A DNA stretch of 64,000 bases from Microthyrium microscopicum (lineage: Eukaryota). Below the pieces are notes generated by a model. That model was not told the origin of the DNA and ran no database searches. It saw only the letters and a list, made by a program, of their open reading frames with translations. This document shows, one piece after another, positions 11,801 to 24,858 of this stretch (the first letter of the stretch is position 1; every line of letters starts with the position of its first letter). Location: contig MU004231.1 of the NCBI GenBank assembly GCA_010405405.1, positions 2,908,401-2,972,400 on the forward strand. Reading direction: 5' to 3'. Both the position numbers and the translations under genes were made by a program.

Positions 11801-14800
11801 ACTCTAAGTACTTTTTAAAGGTTTATTAACTTTACTCTTTAGAATATTTTAAATAACTACGTTTCTATATACTTAGATAACGTCTTAATTTTTAGCTTAA
11901 GTACTAGGAAGTAATATAAAGCCTATATTTATAAAGTCCTTAAGTAGCTATAAAAAGTAAGACTCTACTTTAATATCTAGAAGTATAAATTTATAATTAC
12001 TTAGATAATATATCTAAGCTATATTATTAAGGCTAAATAAAGAATCTTAATAAACCTAGCTAAAGTTAAAGTAATCTAAGAATAAGAAACTCTTAAGAAT
12101 ATTTATAGAGTTTAAGCTTTCTTTAGCTTTACTAATTTCTATTATAAGTTTATACTAAACTTTTAAATAATTATAAAACCTCTTATTTAACTTATTTAGA
12201 AGAACGTTCTCTTTTTATTTAAAGATTTAAAGAAAGCTATATTTAAGAAGCTAAAATAGCTCTTTACTATTAACTAAATGCTAGTCTTATTTAACTATAA
12301 TAAAGAGACTTTTATCTATATTAACTTTTTTAGTTACTCTTTAGGAACTATATTAGTATAAAAAAATAAGATAGATAAGTTTTAACTAGTAGCCTATTTC
12401 TCTAAAAAGTATAACTCTACTTAAAGTAACTACTTAATTTATAATAAAGAGATACTTATAATTATATTTATTTTAAAAGAATAAAACTTAAAGCTATAAG
12501 TAGTAAAAAAGTTTAAAGTAATATCTAATTATAAAAACCTAAAGTATTTTATAAAACTATAAAAGTTTATAGAAAGATACGTCTAATAATTTATTAAATT
12601 TATAAAGTATAATATAATAATTAAGTACTAACTAGGCCTATAGAATAGCATAATAGATAGTCTCTCTTATTATAAATAAGATATACCTTAAAATATAGCT
12701 AATAAAAAGATCTAGGCTAAAACTTTTTAACTACTTTATACTTAAGAAGATTAATTACTTAAACTACTATAAGCCTTACTTATTTATATTACTATCTTTC
12801 TTATAGTAGTTAAAAATAAATTAGTAGAGACTCTACTAGTTAATAAAGCTTTAATCTCTAGCTTATTACTACTAATACTAAACGTTCTTAAACTATTAGT
12901 AACCTAATAGAATAAGATAGTATAGGCTAATAATACTTATTAAGTAGCCTATTAAATAATTAAAGCTAATAAATAGAAGTTTCCTCTATTAATTATAGGT
13001 ATTAAAATCTCTATCCCTAACTACTTAATTAATAGTAAGAATTACCTTTACTAAAGAGAATAACTATAGATTCTAAATTTAGAATCTTTATAAATAGTAA
13101 TACTATAAGTAGCTTATACGTCCTTAACTTAAAACTATTCTAACTATAAAAAAACTTACTAAGCTTTATAGCTATACTTCTTCTAGTCTAGAATTATAGC
13201 TAATATAAGGCGTTTTATAAGAAATTATAGTATATATAGCTAATTAAAGATTAGTTATAAGTAGAAAAGAGGCTTTCTAAAGCCTTTATTTATCTTAAAC
13301 TAATAATAGTAAGAACTATTTATAGATTTTATAATAAACCTTTCTTTATTAAATAGATATATAATTTTAATAGTTATTACTAATTAACTAAGTAAAAGAG
13401 TAATTCTAATTTTCTTTACTTAAAAAGAAGCTAAAGATATTATAGCTATTTTTTTATAATATATTTATTCTTTTTATAGTATTTCTAACGTAATTATCTA
13501 TAATTATAACTTAATATTTATAAGAGACTTTTAGATAAAGTTCTATATACTATTATAAATAGAGCTATAGTTATTAACTATATTTTATCCCTAAATAAAT
13601 AGCTCTATAGAATAGTAAAACTTAGATATTAAAACTAAAATATAAATATATATAAATTATATATAATTAAACTAGTTCTTATTAATATTAATACTTTAAC
13701 TTATACTTAACTTATAATACTTATTTATAATAAAATTCTTACCCTTTTTTTTATTCTATAACTTTAAAAACTTTACCTTCTTAAACTTCCTTAAGTAAGC
13801 TCCTTTATCTAAATAGAAAGATACTCTAAAAGAGAGAAAAAAAGAAGCTACTTATATAATTTTAAAAGCTATAAAATAGGCTTAAGATACTATAACTTTT
13901 ACTTAAGAAAAGATATAAGAATAAGCTAACTAAATAAGGATCTAAATACTTAAGTATAAAGTTAACGATTAGGTTTAACTAGACCTAAAGAATACTAAGA
14001 CTAAATAAGTAAAAAAGAAGTTTAATTATTATTACTCTAAGTTCTAAGTTATAAAGGTAGTAAGCTTATATATAATTATACTAAATACGCTATAAAGAAC
14101 TAAGAAATTTTATATTAACCTACTTAGACTAGTAATAAATAACTTATTTTTAAGTTAAGATACTAATAATTCTTATTTACTACTAATCTTAGTTAAGGAC
14201 TTAAATAAAAAGAAATAAGAGAAGTAGCTAATAAAAGAGATTATAGCTAAAAAATATAAGAAGATAATAAAAAGTAAACTTTATATAGTCTATATTATTA
14301 AATAGATAGGTTATTTAAATATAATAAAAGAATTAATTAATTTTATTAAATAGTTAAAAGCTTATATAAAGTAAATAAAAAAAATAAAGTATATATAAGA
14401 TAATTATAAAAAATTAATACTAAACTAGTTTATTTTTTAAGTATAACTAAGATTAAAAACTAATCCTCTTATTATAATAATTAACTTTATAGAGATATAA
14501 TTAAAAGTACTATTTATAACCTATATATAGAAATACTTTTCTTTTATCTATATTAAGATCTTCTTTTTTACTAAATAAAATTAGAAAATTATAAAAATAT
14601 AAGAAAACTAAAGAAATAAGATATACTTAATAAACCTTTACTATTAAGAAAAAAAAACTTAAGTAATACTTTAAAGTATAAGAAGACTAAAGTAAATAGT
14701 TAATAATAAAGAATTCTTATTCTTCTTAGTAACCTTCTTTTTATTATTATAAGGATACTTCTTACCTAAGCTAATATTATTATTATAGATATAGTTTAAA

Positions 14801-15578
14801 TATATATTATTATAAAATCTTAGAAGCTAAATATAACTAATATACTATAGCTAATTCTTAGAATTAGAATAGCTAACATAGTAAGTATAATACTACTTCT
14901 TATAAACCTTAGTTTTCTTAAGTTATAAAATACTTATATAATAAATACCTAAGGCCTTAAAATAACTAACTTAGCTACTAGTTAACTAAATTATAATAAG
15001 AGTACCTTAATAAATTATAATACTATAAATATTAGGCTATAAACTATTAGTAAACCTCTTAAAGAAGGCGTTTAATAAGTTAAAATAGTTATTAAAAGAA
15101 TTAAAAAGATAGTTAGCTATAGTATAAATAGCTTTACTCTATAAATACGTTAGTATAAACTAAGAAAAATAAAAGAAATATATATAGTTTAGTTAATATA
15201 AAGTACCTTAAATAAAGCATAGTTTTATAAATCGTAGTAGTTAATAACTATATATACCTTCTTATAAATAAAAGTAATTAGTAGATAAGGACTTAGGTTA
15301 TAAATAATATTATTCTAGTAATAAAGTAAGACTTAGGCAAGAATACAAAAGCCCTTATTTATATCGTTCTAGCAAGCCTTACGTATAGCTACTACCTTAT
15401 ATATAGTAAGTAGATAAGGTTAAGGAGTATTATAGTTAGTAATATATATATAAGAAGGAGTAATAGCAATAAGGATATAACTATTAAAGCTAATAGTATT
15501 ATTAAAAGTATTAATAATTAAGGTAGCTATCTCTATATAATTAGTAAGGCTATAGCTATTATAACAAATAACTTACCT

Positions 15579-15627
15579 AATTAATTAATAGATTAATTAA
15601 TTAATTAATTAATTAATTAATTAATTA
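15579..15627. repeat. (TAAT)n microsatellite-like run inside the gypsy element
   Basis: Near-perfect TAAT tandem run. It may be a RIP product of a TGAT/CAAT-type repeat. Confidence 0.7.
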
Positions 15628-16138
15628 GGCAAGGAAGAAGAAACTTAATAAGGACTAATTAGAAGAAAAGAAGCTTATTTAAAGTATAATAAAAGAAGAA
15701 TAGTTAACTCTATAAAATAATATTACTTTATATCCTCTAAATATATAGGTAGAAGCATAATAACTTAACTATAGTTATGTTCTTCTAATTTTATCTCTTA
15801 ATATTATAATAGAGCTCTAACTAAGTATAAATAAGATAACCTACTAATTAAGCAACCTTTATAAGATTATAACTAAAAAAAAAAAATATTATACGTTAAG
15901 AAAGAGGCCTTATACTTAGAATTTAGTCTAAAATAGGCAAAATACTAATATAAAACTAATAGTTAATAACCTAAGCTTTATATTTTATACCTAAAAGTAA
16001 ATATATAGATCTATGTGTTATAAATAGAAGCTCTATTATAAACTATAAGAATAGTAAGCATTAGACATAGCTAGATAAGATTAGGATCTTATAATTAACT
16101 TAGTATTTTAGCTAGAATTTTTTAAACAAGGAGGGTAA

Positions 16139-16300
16139 TATTAGGGGTTAAACCCCCTAAAGCTATACTTATTTAGGCTACTCCTATTATATATAAACAC
16201 CTTAATTAAAGAGTCTCTTAACTCTTCTTTCTCTCTAAGTTACCTTCCTATTTAGTAGGCTCACAATATAACTTATCTCTTTATTATCTAACCTATAATA
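16139..16300 (+). repeat. 3' LTR of gypsy element
   Basis: Direct repeat of 8722-8883, preceded by purine-rich AAACAAGGAGGG. Confidence 0.92.
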
Positions 16301-18575
16301 TAGAGGAAGATCTAACGCGCGTAAACTTAATTACTTTTAATACTTATTCTATAATACATACTATTATAAATATTCTTAATAAATATTTTTAATAAGTATT
16401 TAAAAAGTACGTAATAATACTTTATAATTCCTATAGTCTTTAACTATTAATAGGTAATATTTTAAATAAAATTAGACTATTAAAAGCTATTCTATTATAA
16501 ATTACTAAAATAGCTATTTAGTTTAGAATAAAGTTATTATACTTTAAATAACTTTACAAGTTTTAGCTTAATAAGCTTTAAAGGACCTACGGCCTAAGTT
16601 TATTAGTAATTACTTATTAGGGATTATAATTTAGGGTTATATAATTAATAAAGAGAAGTAAATTAGCCTTTAAAGCTTTTACTTACTCTACTTAAGTTCT
16701 TAGAGATACTTACACAGCTTAAGCTAAAAATAAGCCTATTTTTAATACTTTAAAAGACCCTACTAAGTTCTAGCAAGACGTTAAATTCCTTTATTATATC
16801 CTAGAGCCTATTTATATTACTTAAAAGAACTTAGAGGAATTAAAATATTATTTAGGAAGGACAATAAAGAGTTAGTCTAGAGTTAGATCTTACTAGTTAA
16901 ATATTACTAAAGAATATCTTAAAATTAAGAGAATTTATAGTATTTAGTAAGATCTTCTTTATCTTCTTAATAAATAATAATATTAGTAAATTACTATTAA
17001 TAACTAACTAGCCTACGCCCTTAATCCTACTATTATTAAATATAATTAACCTCTTATAATAATATAGTATAATACTATAATTAAAGCTATCTATAGATAA
17101 TTTAAAGCCTATACTTTTACTAGCAAAATTAATAAAGCAAAAGCTAAGAAAGAAATCTTTAAAATATTCCTTAAATTTAGGGCCTTTAGAAGATAAAAGG
17201 GCGTATTTTTAACCTCTTAGGATAAAAGAGAAGCTTAGACTTATTAATTACTACTTTACTTCTAGGAATATCTTTAAATAGTAATTCCTAGACTTATTAA
17301 CATTACTATTAAACTATTTAAAACTATAGCTAACTTAGTACTATTAGAGAGAGCCTTTTTAGCGCTAAATTAGGTTTAGAATTCTTACTATATATAACTA
17401 TTATATACTTATATAAATATGCTTATTTTTAGCTATATAAATAGAAAGAAGCTTAATTAACTTATAATATAGTTAAGGGCCTATTATATTAGTAGTTTAC
17501 TATTTAAACCTTATTACTAGTATAATATAGATTATCTAGAAGAAGACGCATTAAATAAGCTACTTTTTAAGCGTTAGTAATCTAATTTAATAGAGGAAGA
17601 GCTTAGTAAAGTTAATAAAATAGTAAATAAGCTTATAATTAAAGATGCTATAATAAGGAAGGAATTAACTTAGGTAGTAATAAATATAGCTATAAATTAT
17701 ATACTAGATAGCTAAATAAGTATATAGGGGTCTAAGAGGGATCTTAATATTTAAAATAATACTAAAAACATTGTATTTAGTTAAGTAATTGCAAAGTTGT
17801 AATGGCATTCTAATATTGGTGTTTTTAGTGAAGTAGGATGCTGGATGCTGATTGGATAATTAGTGTCTTGGCGGTATAACGGTACACCACTTACGCGAGG
17901 GCTGCATCTCTACTCTATCTACCTCTCTTTGGAACAGGCGTGTCAGTTGCCCCTGTTTCCAAATGCAAACTTGGAAGCATTGCCACGCATACATTGCATG
18001 TTCACTTCCAGACCCTTTTCTGCCTTGCGAGGCTTGGAGCAGTGGTTCTGACGGCTCAAGGATTACTTCGTGTGGCTACGTCTACCTTCCATAATATCCA
18101 TGTTGTTGATTAGGATCCTGCTAGTGGATGTACATCATTTTGAAAACTGGGCTTCAGATTGACTAGATCTATTCTTCAGTACCTGGCTCCAGGATATGCT
18201 TCATAGCTTTCGAAACTATATCTTTCTTATTATGCATAGTAGAGGCGCTGATCATCGGTTTTCGTAGCGCCCGCTTCACTATTGTGCAAAAGGCTCAACT
18301 ACACTTTGAATGGCCTTGCCAGCCCGTATGTCAGAAGATATACATGCTTCGAAACTGATGGCCGATTACTATAACAGACATTGTTGTCTCCTCACGAACG
18401 CAATTGCTGACATATTCGAAAAGCCACAAAACTTCTGCCTCAGCCTGACGAGCAGAGTCATTATCCTCGCGTTAGGCTGAGCCATATCAAGGACTTGCCT
18501 CACGAGTCCAATTTGTCGGTTCCCACGGTTTGAAACATTTCATCTTTTCACTTTTCGATTCCCAAACTTGACAAG

Positions 18576-21500
18576 ATGCGTAACAACGAACGAATTGCCG
18601 AGTTGCTCATCACTCGAAATGTCGCTCGTTATGCAAAGCCGAGTCCATTAGCCAGACCCTCTCCATTTAATTTCGCAGAGCCAGCTGACCGCGAAGCTGC
18701 GCAACGAAAACTTCAGCAACGGAGAAAGGGTAGTAAGGAGGATCCGCAAAAGGGTTTTAGGGCGAAAGCTGGCCTCAGAAAACAAGCCAAAATTGATAAG
18801 CTCAACACGACTTTTACACTGAATGAACGTCGAGATGCTTTTGACGAGCTCTTGCAAAATCAAGAGCCAGTTGGCATTGCACAAGCAGTTATGGATTTTC
18901 ACCCTGAAGAGCCATACGATGTCAATATTCGACAGGAATTGAAGCCGAAAGGATCTATCCTTAGTCGTGAGAGAGTTACCGAATCCACAATCACTCCTAG
19001 CCGTTGGCTTCAGGTTGCCACTGAACAGGGTCAACGCGATTATGTCCAGCTTCTTGCAAGTCGAAATCCTAAGCAAAACAACCTGGACGAATCGCTCAAA
19101 ATCGCCATTCGAAGAAACTTCATACAAATCATCGAGGATTTACTTCGATATAATGCCAATCCTAATGCCTGTCATGACGACTTCCAGCGTCTCGTGGGAT
19201 CCGAGAATACGACAATGATGAGCCTACTGCTGAGGTCTATTCATAAACTTGAACAAAGTGAGCTGAATAAGGCTCTAATTGTAGCAGTCAGAACCCAATC
19301 TCTCGAAGTGGTCAAACGCTTGCTCGCATTTGGTGCCGATGTCAACAGTTCATCGGGTCAGGTATTTACCATCACCGTTGAACTTCGCGATTGTCGATTA
19401 CTTACCCTTTTGGTTTCAACGCCTGGAGATCTTAGAGCGCAATCTTTGCGAAGTGCTGTTCAGCATGTCTGTACTGGAGCCAACTTTGCACCTGGGGTCC
19501 GGCATGATATTCTGGAAATTCTGCTAGCTGCCGGAGCAACTATTCCTTCTGACATCTCTCAGCCTTTCTTGAATATGTCAGTAGTTGATAATGACATTGA
19601 CGTTGTCTCTCTGCTTGTACACTACAAGCAGATTCCATCTAATTATGCTACTAGAGCATTGAGTCAACTGCCGAAAAACCTGACCGAGGACGAGGCTCTT
19701 GCCATGTCGAATGGTCTTTTCAAAGCCCAAGCTGAAGCAGTATTATTAGGCTCAATACTTGCTTGGGTAACTGAAAAGAGCTATACTCGGATGATCGCAC
19801 GGTTTGTAGAGCTTGGAGTTTCACTCGATTATAAAGATGCACAGGCAGTCTGCTTTGCGCTTCGTCGACAAGACCTCCGGTTACTCAATCAGCTCCTGAA
19901 TGGCAACGGCAGGTCAGGTACTAGCACGCGCACGCCATCTGTTCTTGCCAAAGCGCTAAAACCGGCGCTCGAAATTAACAATAAAGCTACACGACATCAA
20001 GCAGTGAGCTTGCTTCTACAAAAAGGTGTCTCGGGGCCGGACTTGGACCGGGCATTACTGGACGTAGTCAGTAGGCCAGACATTTGTGATCTTGATCTGA
20101 TCCACGCTTTATTGGCCGGAGGCGCGCAATTGTCACCAGGCAATGGAATTGGAAGCTGCATTCTAGTTGCAGCCAGGGATAGCAATCTGGCGGCTCTAGA
20201 TCTGCTCTCGGCTCCTGACTGGAGTCCATCATATCACGACTTGACGACTGCTGTCTCATTGGTCTTCGATTCGAGAAGCAAATCAGCCCATTCTGAGGTT
20301 GTTAGATCAATGTCAAGGCTCCTACAACGAGGTGCCGACTGCAACAGTGATACTGTGTCCCAGACACTGGTCAAAGCAATTGAAAGCGCTGATGACAACG
20401 AAAGCCTCGAAATTGCCCAGCTGCTCCTGAGTTCGGGTGCAAATGTCAACTACAATTATGGGCAGGCTATTGAAGCAGCTTTGAAGCTGAACAGACACAA
20501 TGTTCTTGAAAGCATCTGCTTGACCGATCGAATCTCTCAGGTCTCTTTCTCTACCAACCTTCAACTGGCCATTTTTGTCTCTAGGGAAAACCCATCCAAG
20601 GCTAGAACCCTACTTAACCGATGCCAAACCTTCAAAGATGTCATTAGCAAGGCATTAGTAGATGAGGTGGCTAGCACACAGTTCGGTGGGCAAGATGGGA
20701 TTGTCGACCTTCTCTTGAGTAATGGCGCAGATGTGAACTATCACGATGGTGCCATATTCACAAAGGTAGCCGCCATAGAAACGCCAGCCAAATCCATAGC
20801 GCGACTTGATCTTTTTCTAGGCAAGAATCCGCAGCAAATAGCACTGGGTACTGCTTTCAATACAGCTAGGAGACTTCAGTTCCCGCTAGGTCATCGTTTG
20901 ACCTACTTCAAGTTGATTCTTGAAGCTGGATACAAAGGGCCTAGCATCCATCCGGCACTGATCGAAGTCATAAATGTTGACAAGGACGACGTCGGCATTC
21001 CGAGCCTTTTACTCCTACATGGAGCATCTGTTAATCATGACAATGGCACAGCACTGTCTTTAGCAGCAGAATCGGGAAATGCCCGGTTACTAAACACACT
21101 CTTGGCACACGGGCCTGAGAAGACTTCCGCCGAAAGAGCATTGATATCATCTTGTCTTGTGAATATGGCTGTGGATCGCAGAATCGATATATTCAAGTGT
21201 TTGTTAAAGTCTCGCGTCATATCGCCGCAATGTGTCACTCATGCCTTGACACATGTTGTAGTGCACGGCACCACGGATCAGACCCTTCTGAAGCTTCTCA
21301 CGGATCATGGTGGATTGCTTGAAGTTGAAGCACTGCTGGCGCTTATTGGCAGAGAAGATGTTGCGACTACACAGTCACTGTTCAAATCTCAGACTCCGAG
21401 TCGAGAAATCCGATCACAGGCTTTTCATGCGTGCTTAACTTTAGATAGGACAGTCCGCCTAGCATTTGCTGCGTTATTTCTTCCTATAGAGGTCGATACT

Positions 21501-23722
21501 ATAGTATGGACACCTGGTCTTCATATATCAATCCAAGATCACGACCATGATCTTCTCACCATGCTTCTGGAGAACAGAAGGAATGGAGAGTTTCAGGTTG
21601 GAGAGGCTCTGACCATGGCAGCTACAACTCTCGATCCCACCACTGTTGGTATCTTGCTCAGTAACGGAACAAATGACGGGCAGAGGAATACAGCTTTTCG
21701 GAGTATGCTCCTATCAGAGAGAATGCACCACTCTACAGAGTCGAGACAGGTAAGTGAGCTTATGACCATGCCAATAACCAAGTCCTTTTAACACTAATAA
21801 CAGGCTGCCACATTACTTCTCGATCAAGGAATTGATCAGAGCCTCAAAGATCAAGCACTCGTTCAAAGCCTGCAATTCTACCGTGTGATTTCATCCGACT
21901 TCTACAAAACATTGATCGCGCGTGGAGGCGACGTTAATACGAGATCCTGCCTCTGTTTTTACCTTGCCAGTCAATTTGATAATAGCGAGGTTTTTCGGCA
22001 TTTGTTGGACCACGGCCCTGACTATGACACAGTGGTAGAAATTCTTGTAGGGAACTTCCCTCAGCAATTTGGAGATCGTCTTGTCGAACATCTCTTCCTT
22101 ACGTTAGAACACAATAGCTATCGTAGTAAGCACTTGAAAGTCGAGATCGTATTTGAAGCTATGCGCCGGTTCCCAAACGGCAAAGGCTTGCTTCGATTGC
22201 TCTTGGAGCATGGTTATCCGGCTGGAGACACTATAATCGCCAAAGGTGGACATAATGTAAACAGTGAAGCTGTGACACCTCTTATCTGGGCACTTGCGCA
22301 GCCTGATAAGTTCATAAGCGACACTGTAATACTTGCCCTACTCGAAGAAGGGGAAAAGGGTAAGTGCAAAGTTCCTTCAGTTGTCATCAGCAATCCTGCA
22401 TCATCCTAAGAAAGCGCTGACATTCCCAAGCACACCCAAGTTTCTCGACAACACAGTCAGGCATCACGGCCGTCAGCCTTGCAGCTCAGTTCAGTAGACA
22501 TGACGTGATAGACAGGCTTCTTGAGCTCAAAGTTGATACATCTGCCAAAGATAGCCTTGAGAAATCGCCCCTCTACTACGCCGCTGCTAACAACGACGTA
22601 ATGGCGGTTCACCTGCTCTCTGACAGAGCGCAGGCGAACGATGGGAGCCTTCACGAAGCTGCTCGCCACTCTGAGTGGAAATTGCTGGCAATGCTAATGG
22701 AAAGGCACGATCCGGACTTTCCCTCTGATCTCCATGGTGGTAGAACCGCTCTTGGAGAGTTGTGCTTCAGAAGCACCGTTGTCAACGGAGCTCAAGAATC
22801 ACAAGCCTATAAAGCCATGGAACTGCTTCTAAACAGACCCGTAGATCTTGGCCTCAGAAATGAGGGAAGAACTATTCTGCATCTTGCTCTTGAGAATATT
22901 CAGCCGGTCGTTGTGCTGAAAACGTTGTTACGGTTTCCGCAGATTTATGAGGACATTCGAGGAGATTCAGATAAGTTTACATTTGAAGACTCTCGAGGTA
23001 TAACCATGTCTCCTGATCGTTATGTCAGCGAATGCTGCAAGCACGACGAAAATGTGAAGCACAAGCTCAAAGAAATGCTCAGCAAGAAGTCATGCAAGGA
23101 GAAATGGTTCAAGTTGAAAGGCCAGCAGCTACCGGATTGCGTAGGACTGCCCCCAGGCTTGAAAGAAGAGCACGATCAGCAGGACCTTGCCGACCAAGTT
23201 GAACTTCGTGCGATTGACAGACGTCGTATGAGTGCGAGGGCTGACATCGATATTGAGCGAAGAACCAATAACTTCAGATTGGAAGAGAGCAAACGGCAGA
23301 CGGCACAAACCCTGGAAAATACCCAAAGAATTCACAGCCAACAGCTCGAAAATGACAACGCTCGTGCAATACAAGATCGGCAGAACGCCAAAGCTCAGAG
23401 GTCTGACGAAAGGTCACATCGTCAGAGTATGGCACAGATCGAGTACAATTCTCGAAATTCTATACTGCAGTTAGAGTATTCTTCACAACAACAGAAGGAA
23501 AACTCTCGTCTTTCTGCAATGGGTCGGGAGCAGGCATTGCGAAGTAAAATGCTTTCTATTGAGCAAGATGCCGAGTCTAGTAGCCATAGACGTGCAATCG
23601 AGAGGTATAATCGACAGGACGCAAGTGCCAGAACCATTGCTGCAGAGCAGAGATCACTGTTGCAGGCAGCAAGGGCGGCAAATGTCAACCCACCGCAGCT
23701 GGCGATAGAGCATCCAGACTGA
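18576..23722 (+). CDS. Large ankyrin-repeat protein (~1670 aa) with C-terminal Q/R/E-rich coiled coil; 3 exons
   Basis: Exons 18576-21749, 21804-22359 and 22431-23722 join in frame through GT-AG introns. Many LLxxGA(D/N)VN ankyrin-type repeats, plus SPLYYAA, GRTALGEL and GRTILHLAL. Confidence 0.85.
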
Positions 23723-24858
23723 CGCTGGAATGTGGTGCTTGATGGTGACGGATCTGTCAACAACGTACATTAGTATTTTTCGTATTTCAGAAGCGCAGCT
23801 GTATGAAGCGGTAATCGTCATCTTATCCACCTGCACACTTACCTTAGCACTTCACTCCGTGGTTAATTACATTCAGATCTGTTTTTTGAATGATGACGCA
23901 CAAATTAAACATCTCGCATTCATGTTGAACAGCTTAATCGGCCTCAAAACGCTTTGGTGTAGCAACTGAAACTGATCACATTCCTATGGTCTCGTTTGAC
24001 GGCTCGTGCTGAACTGATTGGGGTAATTGCCCAAGCATACTCTCTCCAGTTTCTTTGGGACTCAGCTTCGAAATCTGCGCAGTTCAATTTAATGGGAGGC
24101 ATTGTATGGCAATAAATGTGGTTCGAAACAGAAGAAGGCAGAACTGGCGTGACTGGGTTGATACTGCCCCCTATTTCTGAGTCTAAGCCTAAACGAGAGC
24201 AACAAACCGCTGACTCGCGTTGGTCCACAGTTGAAGACCTCTCGACTCGAGTCTTCACATCCTTTTCAGTCCATCTCGACTTTTTCTAATAGCGACTGTG
24301 CTGTGGTTCCACCTCCGACTTCGGCCCATCGAAGAGTGAGGCGACTATCTACAGATATCGTTGGCTTCTGGTACAGGGAAGAAGATCCATAATGAGGCTT
24401 GGCTCCACCGCTCTCTATTCTGTCAATCAAAGCTATTGGGTACTCATCAGAGGTGCAGGTATAAGGTACAAAGGTATTACAGGATTGCATTTGTCATTTG
24501 ACATCATCACAGCTCTGAAGCCACCGTCGCAGTAAATCAAATGTTCTACGAACTGTCCGATGACACTCCAACTTGTTGTGATTTAGAAAGGCTTTCCGCG
24601 GCTTGAGGGAAGCCTTTTAAGTATTAGGCTGGGGCTTATTGAATATCGGATATGTTGCAGAATGCCTTGCGTGCCATGTAGTCTGCGAACCATGCAAAGG
24701 CAGACTCGCATATCCCACCTCGCGTATTGATTCTGGACCTCTAACCTCAGCCTGATCATGATAATGATCTTATCAACTCTACCCTTCAACTTGATCATCT
24801 ACATACCTTAATCAAAATACCCAGATCATGCAAGTCGTAATGCCTCGAAGCAGAAGAA

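Larger units (their letters stand above)
8722..16300 (+). mobile_element. RIP-inactivated Ty3/gypsy chromovirus LTR retrotransposon (7579 bp) nested in the hAT
   Basis: Two 162-bp LTRs, 5-bp TSD TAGAG (8717-8721 / 16301-16305) and a purine-rich tract before the 3' LTR. De-RIPped motifs in gypsy order: protease FIDxG (~10770), RT YLDD (read as YLDN, ~11870), RNase H NYxxxDKEML (~12430), integrase FHPQTDG (~13585), chromodomain-like YIVKWxGY (~14290). Confidence 0.92.
5873..17912 (+). mobile_element. RIP-inactivated hAT-superfamily DNA transposon (~2.65 kb after removing two nested insertions)
   Basis: TIRs TAGTGATGCA / TGCATCTCTA and 8-bp TSD CTCTATCT (5865-5872 / 17913-17920). De-RIPped plus strand shows LDETT (~8555), CDSHGLQL (~16420) and the hAT dimerization motif ANSVPSERAFSAL (~17330-17370). 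Confidence 0.88.

Noticed and set aside
5990..17800. AT-rich block as centromere, mitochondrial insertion or foreign DNA
   Set aside because: It is fully accounted for by three transposons with TSDs and a TpA-rich, CpA/TpG-poor RIP signature.
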